Below are positions 9,601 through 18,276 of a stretch of 64,000 bases of DNA, piece after piece; position 1 is the stretch's first letter, and each line of letters begins with the position of its first letter. Where the stretch lies: positions 32,001 through 96,000 of the forward strand of contig JANRJA010000023.1 in assembly GCA_033764315.1 (NCBI GenBank), in the 5' to 3' direction. Position numbers and translations under genes: made by a program. This DNA is from Oculatellaceae cyanobacterium bins.114 (GTDB taxonomy: Bacteria > Cyanobacteriota > Cyanobacteriia > Elainellales > Elainellaceae). The notes beneath the pieces are model-generated. The model did not search any database and was not told the DNA's origin. It worked only from the letters and a program-made list of their open reading frames with translations.

Positions 9601-11253
9601 ACCTTTCGCGATCGCAACAACATCCTGGCAAGTATCTCGACCGCAGACAGCACAAGCGGTGGGGCAGTTACCATTCGACATGGGGGTGGTGACACGACTG
9701 CTTTTATTGTGGGTGGCTCCACTCCAAATGGCACGAGAGGGAGCATCACCAGTGGGGGCACAACGTTGAGGGCATCCCCTCCTCAAACATTGCAGGGCGA
9801 CTTCATTGAGGGCAATATCCAGGTGTTGACGGATGATAACCCGCCGCCGCCTCCGCCTCCGCCGCCCCCTCCAGGATTGCAGTGCCCTCCCAATTGTCCG
9901 CCTGATATCGCCCCCCCTCCCTCGTTTATCCCTTCAACTCCGTCAAGTCGGGGCAATGACAATCCTTACTTTGCTCCCTCGTTACCATCTGAGCTGTTTC
10001 AAGCCAAAGACTTGAATCTAGTTCGTACGACACTTTTAGAGTTACAAACAGCCGCCCAGATCAAAACGGCTCTGATCTATATCAGCTTTATCCCAGCAGA
10101 CTTGGTTGCCCCAGCCGATTACGAGACGCTAGAAACCAACGCTATTCAGCAGTATCAGCAATATCTCCAACCCAACTCCTCTGTCACCCACGCTCCTGGC
10201 TCCTGGCAACCACAAGATAGCGACCAGCTTGAGCTACTGATTATTACGGCAACAGGTGAACCCATTCGGAGGCTTGTCCCAGAGGTCACTCGTGGTCAGG
10301 TGAGACAAGTCGCCGATCGCTTCAGGCAACAGGTCACCGATCGAGCTAGCATTCGCGCCAACAACTATCTCAGCACAGCCCAACAACTGTATCAGTGGTT
10401 GATTGCTCCTATCCAATCTGATTTAGCAGCCAACGAGATTCAAACCTTATCCTTCATCCTGGACCCAGGATTGCGATCGCTGCCGCTCGCCGCCCTATAC
10501 GATGGCAAGCAGTTTTTAGTTGAGCAATATAGTGTCAATTTGATGCCGAGCATTAGCCTGATTGATGCCAGTTACGTGAGTCTTAACAATGTGCAATTAC
10601 TGGCAATGGGAGCCTCAGAATTTACTGAGTTTGTTCCTTTACCGGCTGTGCCGATCGAGTTAGAGACGATTACCTCTACTCGATCAGGGGAGTTATTTTT
10701 AAATGACTCCTTTACGCTGGCAAATTTGCGACTTCAACGCAATAATCGTGGATTCGGCATTGTTCACTTGGCGACCCATGCTGAGTTTCGCCCAGGACAA
10801 CCTAATAATTCCTTTATTCAACTATGGGATCAGAAACTACAACTCGACCAGTTTCGTCTGCTTAATCTCTACAATCCGCCTGTAGAGTTGTTGGTTTTAA
10901 GTGCCTGTCGCACTGCCTTGGGGGATAACCAGGCTGAGCTAGGCTTTGCGGGCTTGGCCTTGCAAGCGGGAGTTAAATCAGCTCTAGCAAGCCTCTGGTA
11001 TGTTAGCGATGAGGGCAGTCTGGCATTTATGACAGAGTTTTATCGCCAGTTGCAAACCGCACCTACTAAAGCCGAGGCACTCCGTCAAACTCAACTGGCT
11101 ATGATTCGGGGCGAGGTGCAGTTGGTAGATGGGCAATTACGCGGGACTGAAGACAGCATTTCTCTCCCGGCTAACCTCGCTCATCGACAAACGATTAACC
11201 TGACACATCCTTTCTTTTGGTCTGCTTTTACGTTGATCGGTAGTCCGTGGTAA
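6670..11253 (+). CDS. Filamentous haemagglutinin (TPS) N-terminal domain protein with beta-helix repeats and C-terminal CHAT domain
   Basis: Signal peptide; NLFHSF and LINPAGILFG TPS motifs; Gly/Thr-rich repeats; poly-Pro linker; CHAT motifs IVHLATHAEF, LVLSACRTALG and HPFFWSAFTLIG. Confidence 0.92.
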   Translation: MTRTDLLWISLIVASSVAIAHQEPLIAQSITAAPDGTGTVVQRSGGVHTIQGGSLSGDGRNLFHSFERFGLSAEEVANFLSTPQIQTILGRVTGGDPSIINGLLRVSGGNSDLYLINPAGILFGANARLDIPASFTATTATGIGFGDSSWSAFASSDYSALIGQPTSFVFNTDAPGAIANFGTLAVNPGEQLTLIGGTVLNVGTLLAPGGVITIAAVPGENRVRLSQSGMLLSLELETLNSADAVTEVALPFTPLLLPELLTGGSIETASQIQVNADGTVQLTGSGTPIAPTPGTAILTGRLDAANLTSSSPSLHPEVNIVGDRIALLSANLDASSLSQGGTIRIGGDYQGQGNLPTAQITYIDLATHLRADGISSLTGSAQANGGRVIVWADQTTRFDGSITARGGELGGNGGFVEVSGLQNLALTGTVNTLAPNGLAGTLLLDPADIVVVTPFSLPPAFTALSQVDGFADPDITPNTLDVSLINNALTNVTLQATNDITFSAPINIQTGGVGLTALANNNISVNTTITTRGGNLTLIGDNDNSGSGVVRVDTGQSIATNGGAVTIRGRNATNTFASGVGASILSPIDSGGGDIQITGESTSATGLSSFQGDRGINLGPGAPLNSGGGDITLTASNVQQQGIVAFDPINSGGGDVRITVTSATNNNLTLLDPVNAGAGDIVITTNELTRSADATLLGSGDITIQPFTPSRAIALGNTSPVPISGALDLGTLVDGLSGFNRITIGRANSSGVISLTGPVQVSDPLTLRSPLGSIDTTGGSLLGLDNATITLLAGTSLVTGDVTNPGRAITLTSQNGRVDTQGGLIDTGNEGTNDGGAIAITAASDIVTTRLNTSVEIGTAGAIALTSTNGSITLNGDTLATATTGNGGEVALTAQRGFVQADTIRTSATANAGDVTITAQDSITTGDIETESSSGNAGDVTLDPNGDVQVNTINAQSATGNGGTVNITTRQFFRALSTFRDRNNILASISTADSTSGGAVTIRHGGGDTTAFIVGGSTPNGTRGSITSGGTTLRASPPQTLQGDFIEGNIQVLTDDNPPPPPPPPPPPGLQCPPNCPPDIAPPPSFIPSTPSSRGNDNPYFAPSLPSELFQAKDLNLVRTTLLELQTAAQIKTALIYISFIPADLVAPADYETLETNAIQQYQQYLQPNSSVTHAPGSWQPQDSDQLELLIITATGEPIRRLVPEVTRGQVRQVADRFRQQVTDRASIRANNYLSTAQQLYQWLIAPIQSDLAANEIQTLSFILDPGLRSLPLAALYDGKQFLVEQYSVNLMPSISLIDASYVSLNNVQLLAMGASEFTEFVPLPAVPIELETITSTRSGELFLNDSFTLANLRLQRNNRGFGIVHLATHAEFRPGQPNNSFIQLWDQKLQLDQFRLLNLYNPPVELLVLSACRTALGDNQAELGFAGLALQAGVKSALASLWYVSDEGSLAFMTEFYRQLQTAPTKAEALRQTQLAMIRGEVQLVDGQLRGTEDSISLPANLAHRQTINLTHPFFWSAFTLIGSPW

Positions 11254-11352
11254 TGGGTAGATGTGATGCTGGGCGGGGTCGTGAGTGATGATTCTAAATC
11301 CCTCAGTTGCCCATCGCATCATTTTTGAAAGAGAGTTGACATTAGCACTCTC

Positions 11353-11907
11353 TTAAGGCACTACTCTGACAGGGGTGCCCACATCTACGATCGCAAATAG
11401 CTCTTGAATGTCACGGTTATAAAGTCGCACACAGCCATGCGAAGCTTCCCTGCCTACCGATTCAGGGTTGGGAGTGCCATGCATTCCTACCCAGTTTTGA
11501 CCATCCGTCCAGAACCCAATCCAGTAGCTTCCCAGCGGGTTGTTGGGGGAACCTCCTGCAATTACCTGTCCAGTCAGTGGGTTAACCCAGGTCGGATTGT
11601 GAATCATCTGTCTGACCTCAAAATCACCAATGGGGGTGCGCCAACCCTGTCGCCCAACCGCAACTGGATAAGATTTGAGCCGTGTCTCTCCTTGATAAAG
11701 CGTCAGTTGGCGATCGCTCAGGTCAATTTCAAGGTGAGTGGGAGTTGGGGTGAGATTAACAATCGTGCCATTTTGATCTGTTTCTAGTGCGTAACTGTAC
11801 TCGTAGTAGGGGATGACTTCATTGGCTGTCAATGACTTGGGTAGATTGAACAAACCAACGACTAAAAAAAAGCCAGTAACGGCGATCGCTCGAATTCCAG
11901 TTGCCAT
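11353..11907 (-). CDS. L,D-transpeptidase (YkuD/ErfK family)
   Basis: YPVAVG, TPIG and the catalytic motif GMHGT...SHGCVRL. Confidence 0.92.
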   Translation of the reverse strand: MATGIRAIAVTGFFLVVGLFNLPKSLTANEVIPYYEYSYALETDQNGTIVNLTPTPTHLEIDLSDRQLTLYQGETRLKSYPVAVGRQGWRTPIGDFEVRQMIHNPTWVNPLTGQVIAGGSPNNPLGSYWIGFWTDGQNWVGMHGTPNPESVGREASHGCVRLYNRDIQELFAIVDVGTPVRVVP

Positions 11908-12197
11908 ATTTCCTGCTAAAAATAGCCCGAAACGTTCTCCAAATTTGATTGTTTTACCCTCTCAAAGAGAAGGGACTTAAAAATAAATTAGCGCAGCTCT
12001 AACAGGCTATTCCTATCTTTAAACCAAAATAGCATTGACCGATTATGACTTTTGATGGGGTCAAGGATCATCTACCTTACTAAGGATTACTATCTGAATC
12101 TAAAAAAAATACTCAAGATAGCAACAATATTTTTAAAAAAATCGGATCGAAGCCAACAAGATGAGTTACGATTATCGCAAAATTGAGGGTTAATTTT

Positions 12198-12680
12198 ATG
12201 GGCGTGAGGTCAAAAAATTTAGTGGGTCTAGCCACATTCATCGTCTCCTCACTGGTGCTTGTGAATGCCGCTGTTGCTCAAAATGCAGACGATGAAGCGG
12301 CTCGACGTGAGGTAGCTGAGCAACCTGCTGTTTGGGAAGCATTTCAAGATGCTTATTATCAACGAAGTGGCAACTTCTATGACAATCGGGAAATTCCAGG
12401 TAATGTCACTTGGATGATTGGCCCCTTTCCAGAAAACAATATTGCCGCTGATGGTCGAGCTGTGCATCGAGTTTATCGAGATGTCTTTACTCAACAAGCA
12501 TTGAGTGATCCCTTAATGCGTACCGCTGATGTGACTAACCCATTTGATACTTCTTTGTTGCTGTTGCCAGCGATTCAACCCACGAGCAGCTTTCCATCAA
12601 ATGATGATCGGGTTGATACTATTCCTGCACCAACCGCATTGCCTCCAACACCAACAGGTCCAGTGCGGGCACTCTATTAA
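12198..12680 (+). CDS. Hypothetical secreted cyanobacterial protein
   Basis: Signal peptide ending AVA-Q; FPENNI and PLMRTADVTNPFDTSL motifs; C-terminal PVRALY. Confidence 0.75.
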   Translation: MGVRSKNLVGLATFIVSSLVLVNAAVAQNADDEAARREVAEQPAVWEAFQDAYYQRSGNFYDNREIPGNVTWMIGPFPENNIAADGRAVHRVYRDVFTQQALSDPLMRTADVTNPFDTSLLLLPAIQPTSSFPSNDDRVDTIPAPTALPPTPTGPVRALY

Positions 12681-12713
12681 TTGAAATCGAAATTATTTCA
12701 CTCAATAAAGCTC

Positions 12714-12751
12714 AATCCTCGGCTTTGATAATCAAGTCGAGGATTTGTTTT
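12714..12751 (+). terminator. Rho-independent terminator
   Basis: Hairpin aatcctcggctt/aagtcgaggatt followed by tgtttt. Confidence 0.65.
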
Positions 12752-12807
12752 GCGGCAATGAACTTTGACTGGCTATCATTTAATCCACATTTTTTAATTG
12801 CACCCTT

Positions 12808-12999
12808 CTGACTGCCTGACAAATCTTTATGCTTGGCGATTGAAATCGCAGCTACAGGAGCAAAATCCGCCGACACGGGTTACAGAAAACCTTGATGCAT
12901 CCAGTCCGCGTAGGCGGACTTCGATCGGATAGGCGCGATTTCAATCGCCAGCCACAGCACGGAATATTAAGGGTTTCAGAACTTTTGTCAGTCAATCAG
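12808..12999. mobile_element. MITE (192 bp) with 16-bp imperfect TIRs and ~9-bp target-site duplication
   Basis: Left end CTGACTGCCTGACAAA, right end TTTGTCAGTCAATCAG. Flanks are TGCACCCTT (12799-12807) and TGCACCCTC (13000-13008). Internal GGCGATTGAAATCGC...GCGATTTCAATCGCC palindrome. Confidence 0.75.
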
Positions 13000-13024
13000 T
13001 GCACCCTCTGTGAGCCTTTTTCAA

Positions 13025-13090
13025 AATCCCCGGTTTCTGAGGATGGGAATGAGGTTCCTTGGAGAAGACTGAGGAGAAACGGGAGATCTA
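13025..13090. repeat. REP-like long hairpin (ATCCCCGGTTTC...GAAACGGGAGAT)
   Basis: Same family as 49003-49069. Confidence 0.65.
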
Positions 13091-13245
13091 GACCCTTAAG
13101 GTGTGCATCGCGTTAGTGGGTGACGCAATCCAAGATGATGCACTTGGGAATCATCTTGAGACAATCCACGAGTGCCATCGGCGTACTTTAATGAACGTTG
13201 AGAGCAACAAAAATTAACAATACTGTCCTGAGGAATGCAGCTTGC

Positions 13246-13956
13246 ATGATAAGAATTATTACGGACTTTGATGGTCCCATTATGGATGTCTCTGAACGTT
13301 ATTATCGGGTTTACCAGTTTTGTTTAGAGGCCGTGCAACAGCCAGGTCAGTCACTGACGGTTTTGTCTAAACCTCAATTCTGGCAACTCAAGCGATCGCA
13401 GATTCCTGAACGCCAAATCGGGCTAATGTCTGGCTTAGATGAAGTGCAAGCCCATACATTTGCTCAACTGCGTCGGCAGATCGTTCATACGCTGCCCTAT
13501 CTCAAATACGACACTCCGGTTGAAGGAGCAATCGCCACCCTTGAACGCCTATATCAAAGCAAGGTTGACTTGGTTGTCATGACGTTGCGACGAGTGCGTG
13601 AATTGCAAGATGCCTTTGATCGCCATGATCTAGCCCGCTTTTTTGCCAGCGATCGCCGCTATTGCCTGAGCAATGATTACGTCAAAACCACTGACGTAGA
13701 AGACAAGCCCCTGCTCATGCAACAAGCCCTTGCTGATCTGACCCCGGTGGATCAAACCTGGATGATTGGCGATACCGAAGCAGATATCATCGCTGCTAAA
13801 ACCCACGGGATCAAAGTCATTGCGGTGCTTTGTGGAATTCGCGATCGCACCCAATTGCTACAACATCAGCCCGATTGGATCGTGAATAATGTGGGCGAAG
13901 CAGTCGATCTAGCCATGCAGTTGTCACCAGAAACAAGCCTCGGTTATCGAGGTTAG
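13246..13956 (+). CDS. HAD-superfamily hydrolase
   Basis: Motif I ITDFDGPIMD, motif III DKP, motif IV MIGDTEADI. Confidence 0.9.
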   Translation: MIRIITDFDGPIMDVSERYYRVYQFCLEAVQQPGQSLTVLSKPQFWQLKRSQIPERQIGLMSGLDEVQAHTFAQLRRQIVHTLPYLKYDTPVEGAIATLERLYQSKVDLVVMTLRRVRELQDAFDRHDLARFFASDRRYCLSNDYVKTTDVEDKPLLMQQALADLTPVDQTWMIGDTEADIIAAKTHGIKVIAVLCGIRDRTQLLQHQPDWIVNNVGEAVDLAMQLSPETSLGYRG

Positions 13957-13984
13957 CTTCCACCTGAGTGGGATCACCCTGGCT

Positions 13985-14590
13985 CTAGCGTAAGAAACTG
14001 CTGATTAACCAAAGCAAAATAAAGGCAATACAAGCCGCAAAAGCTTCGGGTAGTACCTTAATAGAGTACAAAAATGGCTCAATCAATCCACTCAGCCACA
14101 GCCCTGTGGCTACCCCAACAATCAACCCTACCAGGGTTAACAAGAAAGCACGCCCAAATTTGTGCTCTTTTCGATTGAGGAAATAAAGACTAAAACCGAC
14201 CCCTAAAGCTAAACCTACAGGAGGAGCCGCAAGACTTAACAGGCTTAACGCAGCAAAAATACCAGCAGGCCACAAAATATCAGCCCGACTGGGAGTATCG
14301 ATAAAACGTTGTAACCAATCCGGAGTTTGTTTGGGAGGAACTGGAGTAAACTCAGGAGGAGGTTCAACCAAGCGTTCAGGAAAACGAATTCGATCAGGCA
14401 CCTTAATCTTGCCTTCTTGACGCAGCCGTAGTCGGTCCATCAGGATGGCATCATACGCTGCCTCAATTGCTTCTAACTGCTTGCGATCGCTTTCATGCTC
14501 TTCCATCAACCGATTTCGAGCATCTTGAATTTCTTCAAATGAAGCGTTTTCATCGACTCCAAGCCGTTGGTAGTGATTCAGATCACTCAT
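13985..14590 (-). CDS. CPP1-like family protein (J-like domain plus TM region, DUF3353-type)
   Basis: YQRLGVDENASFEEIQDAR...IEAAYDAILMDRLRLRQEGKIKVPDRIRFPE followed by TM helices. Confidence 0.85.
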   Translation of the reverse strand: MSDLNHYQRLGVDENASFEEIQDARNRLMEEHESDRKQLEAIEAAYDAILMDRLRLRQEGKIKVPDRIRFPERLVEPPPEFTPVPPKQTPDWLQRFIDTPSRADILWPAGIFAALSLLSLAAPPVGLALGVGFSLYFLNRKEHKFGRAFLLTLVGLIVGVATGLWLSGLIEPFLYSIKVLPEAFAACIAFILLWLISSFLR

Positions 14591-14944
14591 TGATAACCTC
14601 CAGAAGACCCCCACTATACTCGATTATGATTGCCAATAGCAAAATTAGGAGCATTCCCAGAAAAACAGCACTGATTAATAGGTGCTGCCCCCGTGTAATT
14701 ATCTAGGAGACTTCAGCAAAAACTTGCCATAAATTGACCCCACCATCCTATGTATCTTAAAAATCTTCAAATTCTAAGGGCTAATTATTTGCATTACGGG
14801 TTTCTAAGCACATAATTAGTTTAATAACCGCTTAATATGTGTAGGGTGCCTACGTTAATTTTGAATCTATTTGCATCAAACTTGACTGCTTGATCGAACT
14901 CTTCATCCAACATTTATAGATATCTCCCCTCCTCAGTGCAACCT

Positions 14945-15661
14945 ATGGCTATGGCTTCAGCCAAAATTCTTGTAGTTGATGATGATCCGTCAATTCGGAC
15001 ATTGATTCACCGTTTTCTATCCAAGCAGAACTATCAGATGGAATCTGCTGAAGATGGTAAGACTGCTCTAGCGGTGTTTGAACAATTCAACCCCGATCTC
15101 GTCATCCTGGATGTTAACTTACCAGATGCAACAGGCTACGCACTCTGTCAAGAGATGCAAAGTCGAACCGGTGTTTTTGTCTTGATGTTGACCAGTCGCG
15201 CCGACGAGGCTGACAAAATTCGAGGGTTTGCTCAAGGGGCTGATGATTACCTCACAAAACCCTTTAGCTTAGGCGAATTAGAAGTCAGGGTAGGCGCAAT
15301 TCTAAAACGTCAACGCCCTGTTACCACAGCCGAACAGCAATGCCTGGTCTTTAATGGTCTTTCCATCGATCCAGTCCGGCGAGAAGTGACACTCAATAGT
15401 GAGATTGTGCCACTCACCGCTTTAGAGTTTGATTTGCTGCATTTTTTAGCCAGCCACCCCGGTCGAGTTTGGCGACGTGCAGAGCTTATTCAGAAAGTCT
15501 GGGATTACGAATATGTCGGTGATCAACGGGTTGTTGATGTGCACATCGGGCAAATTCGCAAGAAGATTGAGATTGACACCACTCAGCCTGCGTTAATTCA
15601 AACGGTTCGTGGAGTGGGTTACAAATTTGAAGCCCCTGACTCTGCTGGCACTCCAGCGTGA
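14945..15661 (+). CDS. OmpR/PhoB-family response regulator (orphan)
   Basis: KILVVDDD, LVILDVNLP and GADDYLTKPF receiver motifs; winged helix RVVDVHIGQIRKK and IQTVRGVGYKF. Confidence 0.95.
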   Translation: MAMASAKILVVDDDPSIRTLIHRFLSKQNYQMESAEDGKTALAVFEQFNPDLVILDVNLPDATGYALCQEMQSRTGVFVLMLTSRADEADKIRGFAQGADDYLTKPFSLGELEVRVGAILKRQRPVTTAEQQCLVFNGLSIDPVRREVTLNSEIVPLTALEFDLLHFLASHPGRVWRRAELIQKVWDYEYVGDQRVVDVHIGQIRKKIEIDTTQPALIQTVRGVGYKFEAPDSAGTPA

Positions 15662-15711
15662 GTTTAGCGTTTCGCTCGTCTTCTTTGGAGCTAACCTGAC
15701 TGTCGCGATCA

Positions 15712-15769
15712 ATCCAACTAAAAAATGAGAGCCAACTAAAAAATGAGGGCATCTAGATGCCCTCATTTC
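15712..15769. terminator. Bidirectional terminator hairpin preceded by a short direct duplication
   Basis: ccaactaaaaaatgag occurs twice, then aaatgagggcatctagatgccctcattt, between the convergent regulator and gap2. Confidence 0.65.
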
Positions 15770-15817
15770 AACTTTAAAGAGGATCAAGGGGCTAAACCTC
15801 CTTGCCCCAATCCAGTG

Positions 15818-16831
15818 TTAAGCTTTCCAGCCTTGAGCTACCACTTCTGCAAGGTCAACCACACGCTGGCTATAACCCCACTCGTTGTCATACCAGGCAA
15901 CCACTTTCACCATGTCTCCACCCATAACCATCGTTAAGTGAGAGTCAATGATAGATGAGGCATCATGCCCCCGATAGTCGCTCGAAACCAGTTCTAATTC
16001 GCTGTATGCCAAGACGCCCTTTAAGGGACCTTCTGAAGCAACTTTAAGAGCTTCGTTAACTTGCTCTTTGATGGCTGGCTTTTCAACTTGAACCACCAAA
16101 TCTACAACTGAGACGTTAGGAGTGGGTACCCGCAAAGCGATACCGTTGAGTTTGCCACTCAACTCAGGAAGAACAAGAGCAACCGCTTTAGCTGCCCCCG
16201 TCGTTGTCGGCACAATATTGAGAGCCGCAGCCCGTGCTCGGCGAACATCACGGTGGCTAGCATCCAACAGCCGCTGGTCTCCGGTGTAGCTGTGGGTAGT
16301 CGTCATCGTCCCCTTGATGATGCCAAAGCTCTCGTGAATCACTTTGGCGATCGGAGCTAGGCAGTTGGTCGTACAACTGGCGTTGCTGATAATAGTGTGC
16401 TTGTTGTGGTCGTAATCTTTATCGTTGACACCTACGACAAAGGTGCCATCATCACCCTTACCTGGTGCAGTAATTAAGACTTTCTTGGCTCCCGCCTCTA
16501 AGTGTTTAGAGGCACCCTCTTTGCTTGTGAAAACACCCGTTGACTCAATGATGAGGTCGATATCCCAAGCACCCCACGGCAGGTTCAAGGGATTGCGATC
16601 AGACGTACATTTAATAGTCTTGCCGTTCACCGTGATGGTGTTGTCATCAGCACTGATGTCGGCATTTAGCTTGCCCAGCATGGAATCGTATGAAAGCAAA
16701 TGAGCATTGGTTCTGGGGTCAGATGTGTCGTTGATGGCAACGACCTCCAACTGACTGTTGTTTCTCGTAAGCCAGCACCGCAGAAAGTTGCGCCCAATGC
16801 GCCCAAATCCGTTGATCGCTACTCTAATCAC
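15818..16831 (-). CDS. gap2: NAD(P)-dependent glyceraldehyde-3-phosphate dehydrogenase (Calvin-cycle type)
   Basis: [42 protein letters not shown] and [15 protein letters not shown]. Confidence 0.95.
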   Translation of the reverse strand: MIRVAINGFGRIGRNFLRCWLTRNNSQLEVVAINDTSDPRTNAHLLSYDSMLGKLNADISADDNTITVNGKTIKCTSDRNPLNLPWGAWDIDLIIESTGVFTSKEGASKHLEAGAKKVLITAPGKGDDGTFVVGVNDKDYDHNKHTIISNASCTTNCLAPIAKVIHESFGIIKGTMTTTHSYTGDQRLLDASHRDVRRARAAALNIVPTTTGAAKAVALVLPELSGKLNGIALRVPTPNVSVVDLVVQVEKPAIKEQVNEALKVASEGPLKGVLAYSELELVSSDYRGHDASSIIDSHLTMVMGGDMVKVVAWYDNEWGYSQRVVDLAEVVAQGWKA

Positions 16832-17163
16832 TGCGTCTTGCCCTCTTCAATGAATCACCATTTAACCTCTCACAGGAGACATCGAATTCGCAGAATCGGA
16901 AGATTCATTGCCTCTTTGTAACAGGATTTGTTAATGAACCAGATCATACACTTTAGCGAGTAACCGTCTCAATACTTAGAGTGACGGATTGGGATCAATA
17001 TGGAGATAAGGTGAAAATTTTTAACACAGACAGCTGAGTAGTTTGGGGGAGAAGGATGGAATGATGGGGTTTGAGAATGACGCGATCGCGGGAAAACTGG
17101 CTCTCTCACCCTTATATTCTCTTCCTGTTGCTTTTTCAGCCTCTTACTCTGAAGCCTAAACTG

Positions 17164-17838
17164 CTAAATGTAAAGATTTTCCCGGTTGATATAAGCAAAG
17201 ACAGCGTCTGGCACTAAGTAGCGAATGGAGCGGTGGTTGTTCCCCAACGGAAACCGCTTGGCATCGCGCCTATATTGCCGAATTAGACTACTGGAAACTT
17301 CAAATAAGGGCATGTGCAAGACTTGCCAGTGAATTTTTAGGTTTTGTTGTAGTAAGGCTTGAGCCACCTGGGTGCAGAGTTGTGGGGTGGTTGGTGAAGC
17401 CATTGACTTGGTTGCCTGAGTGTCTGGCTGGGTCAGGAAACGGGGTGCTACTAGCCAACTGCACTGTTGCACTAGCTCGTGACGACGATACCACTGAGGC
17501 AAGGTTTGAAACGCATCTAAGCCCAGAATCCAATACCACTGGCTCTGAGGATGGTGTTGTTGCAGCTCAGTGAATAGGTCGATGGCGTAGGACGGGGTTG
17601 GACGATCGAGATTAACGGTAGAGAGTGCAAAAGCCGGATGAGAGGCGATCGCCGCTTTGATCATAGCTACTCGATGGGAGACGGCTGCTAAATCAGTGGG
17701 CGATCGATGGGGAGGATGATAAGTCGGTACCCAAAGTACCTGATCCAACTGAAGTTGATGCAGGGCAGTCTCTGCCATCAACAGATGCCCTAAATGGATG
17801 GGGTTAAAGGTTCCTCCTACAATTCCCAACTTTGGCAT
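17164..17838 (-). CDS. nadD: Nicotinate-nucleotide adenylyltransferase
   Basis: GGTFNPIHLGH, WILGLDAF, SSSLIR and YLVP motifs. Confidence 0.93.
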   Translation of the reverse strand: MPKLGIVGGTFNPIHLGHLLMAETALHQLQLDQVLWVPTYHPPHRSPTDLAAVSHRVAMIKAAIASHPAFALSTVNLDRPTPSYAIDLFTELQQHHPQSQWYWILGLDAFQTLPQWYRRHELVQQCSWLVAPRFLTQPDTQATKSMASPTTPQLCTQVAQALLQQNLKIHWQVLHMPLFEVSSSLIRQYRRDAKRFPLGNNHRSIRYLVPDAVFAYINRENLYI

Positions 17839-18276
17839 AGGTTTGCCAACCGCTCGTATTCAAAACTGTCCAGATTACAGATTGACCAAAGGAATAATAC
17901 AAATCAAGAGGATGTTTTAGCTCAGTATTTTCCTGAGTCTTTGACGAATTCCTTGTTTTTACATCAAATCCAGCTCAAGCTAGGTTAAAACAACATAAGA
18001 AATCTCAGAGCCTTTTGCTCAGGTAGACCTACTAAAGGCAATCTGCCCAAATAGGCAGGCTGAACAAAATCAGTCAAGGGACTGGGTCTACTAATGTGGC
18101 TCTGTAATTTTTAAGGTGCATTCATGTTTAGCAAAACCAGAATTGTTGGCTGTTTTTATAAAATGCTGGCGATCGCAATGATTCATTCAAATCCTGGATG
18201 AGTTGTATCGCGACAAAACAATTCTTGCTATGATATCCGCGTGTTATTGGTGTGGTGTGGTGTTTGAGGAGCTAAA

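Noticed and set aside
6858-9786. Many antisense or alternative-frame ORFs over long genes (also 37943-38723, 44235-46580 and 55013-55636)
   Set aside because: These are shadow ORFs of real genes with no recognisable motifs.
11342-11368. TTAGCACTC, half of a CIRCE element
   Set aside because: The second half-site (GAGTGCTAA after N9) is absent, and the site lies between convergent gene ends.
12892-13116. 74-aa ORF (and the ORFs at 29037-29367)
   Set aside because: They are chance translations of MITE/REP repeat sequence.
14945-15661. Assigning nrrA, rpaA or rpaB to the OmpR regulator
   Set aside because: The sequence does not match those proteins as I recall them, so I left it without a symbol.
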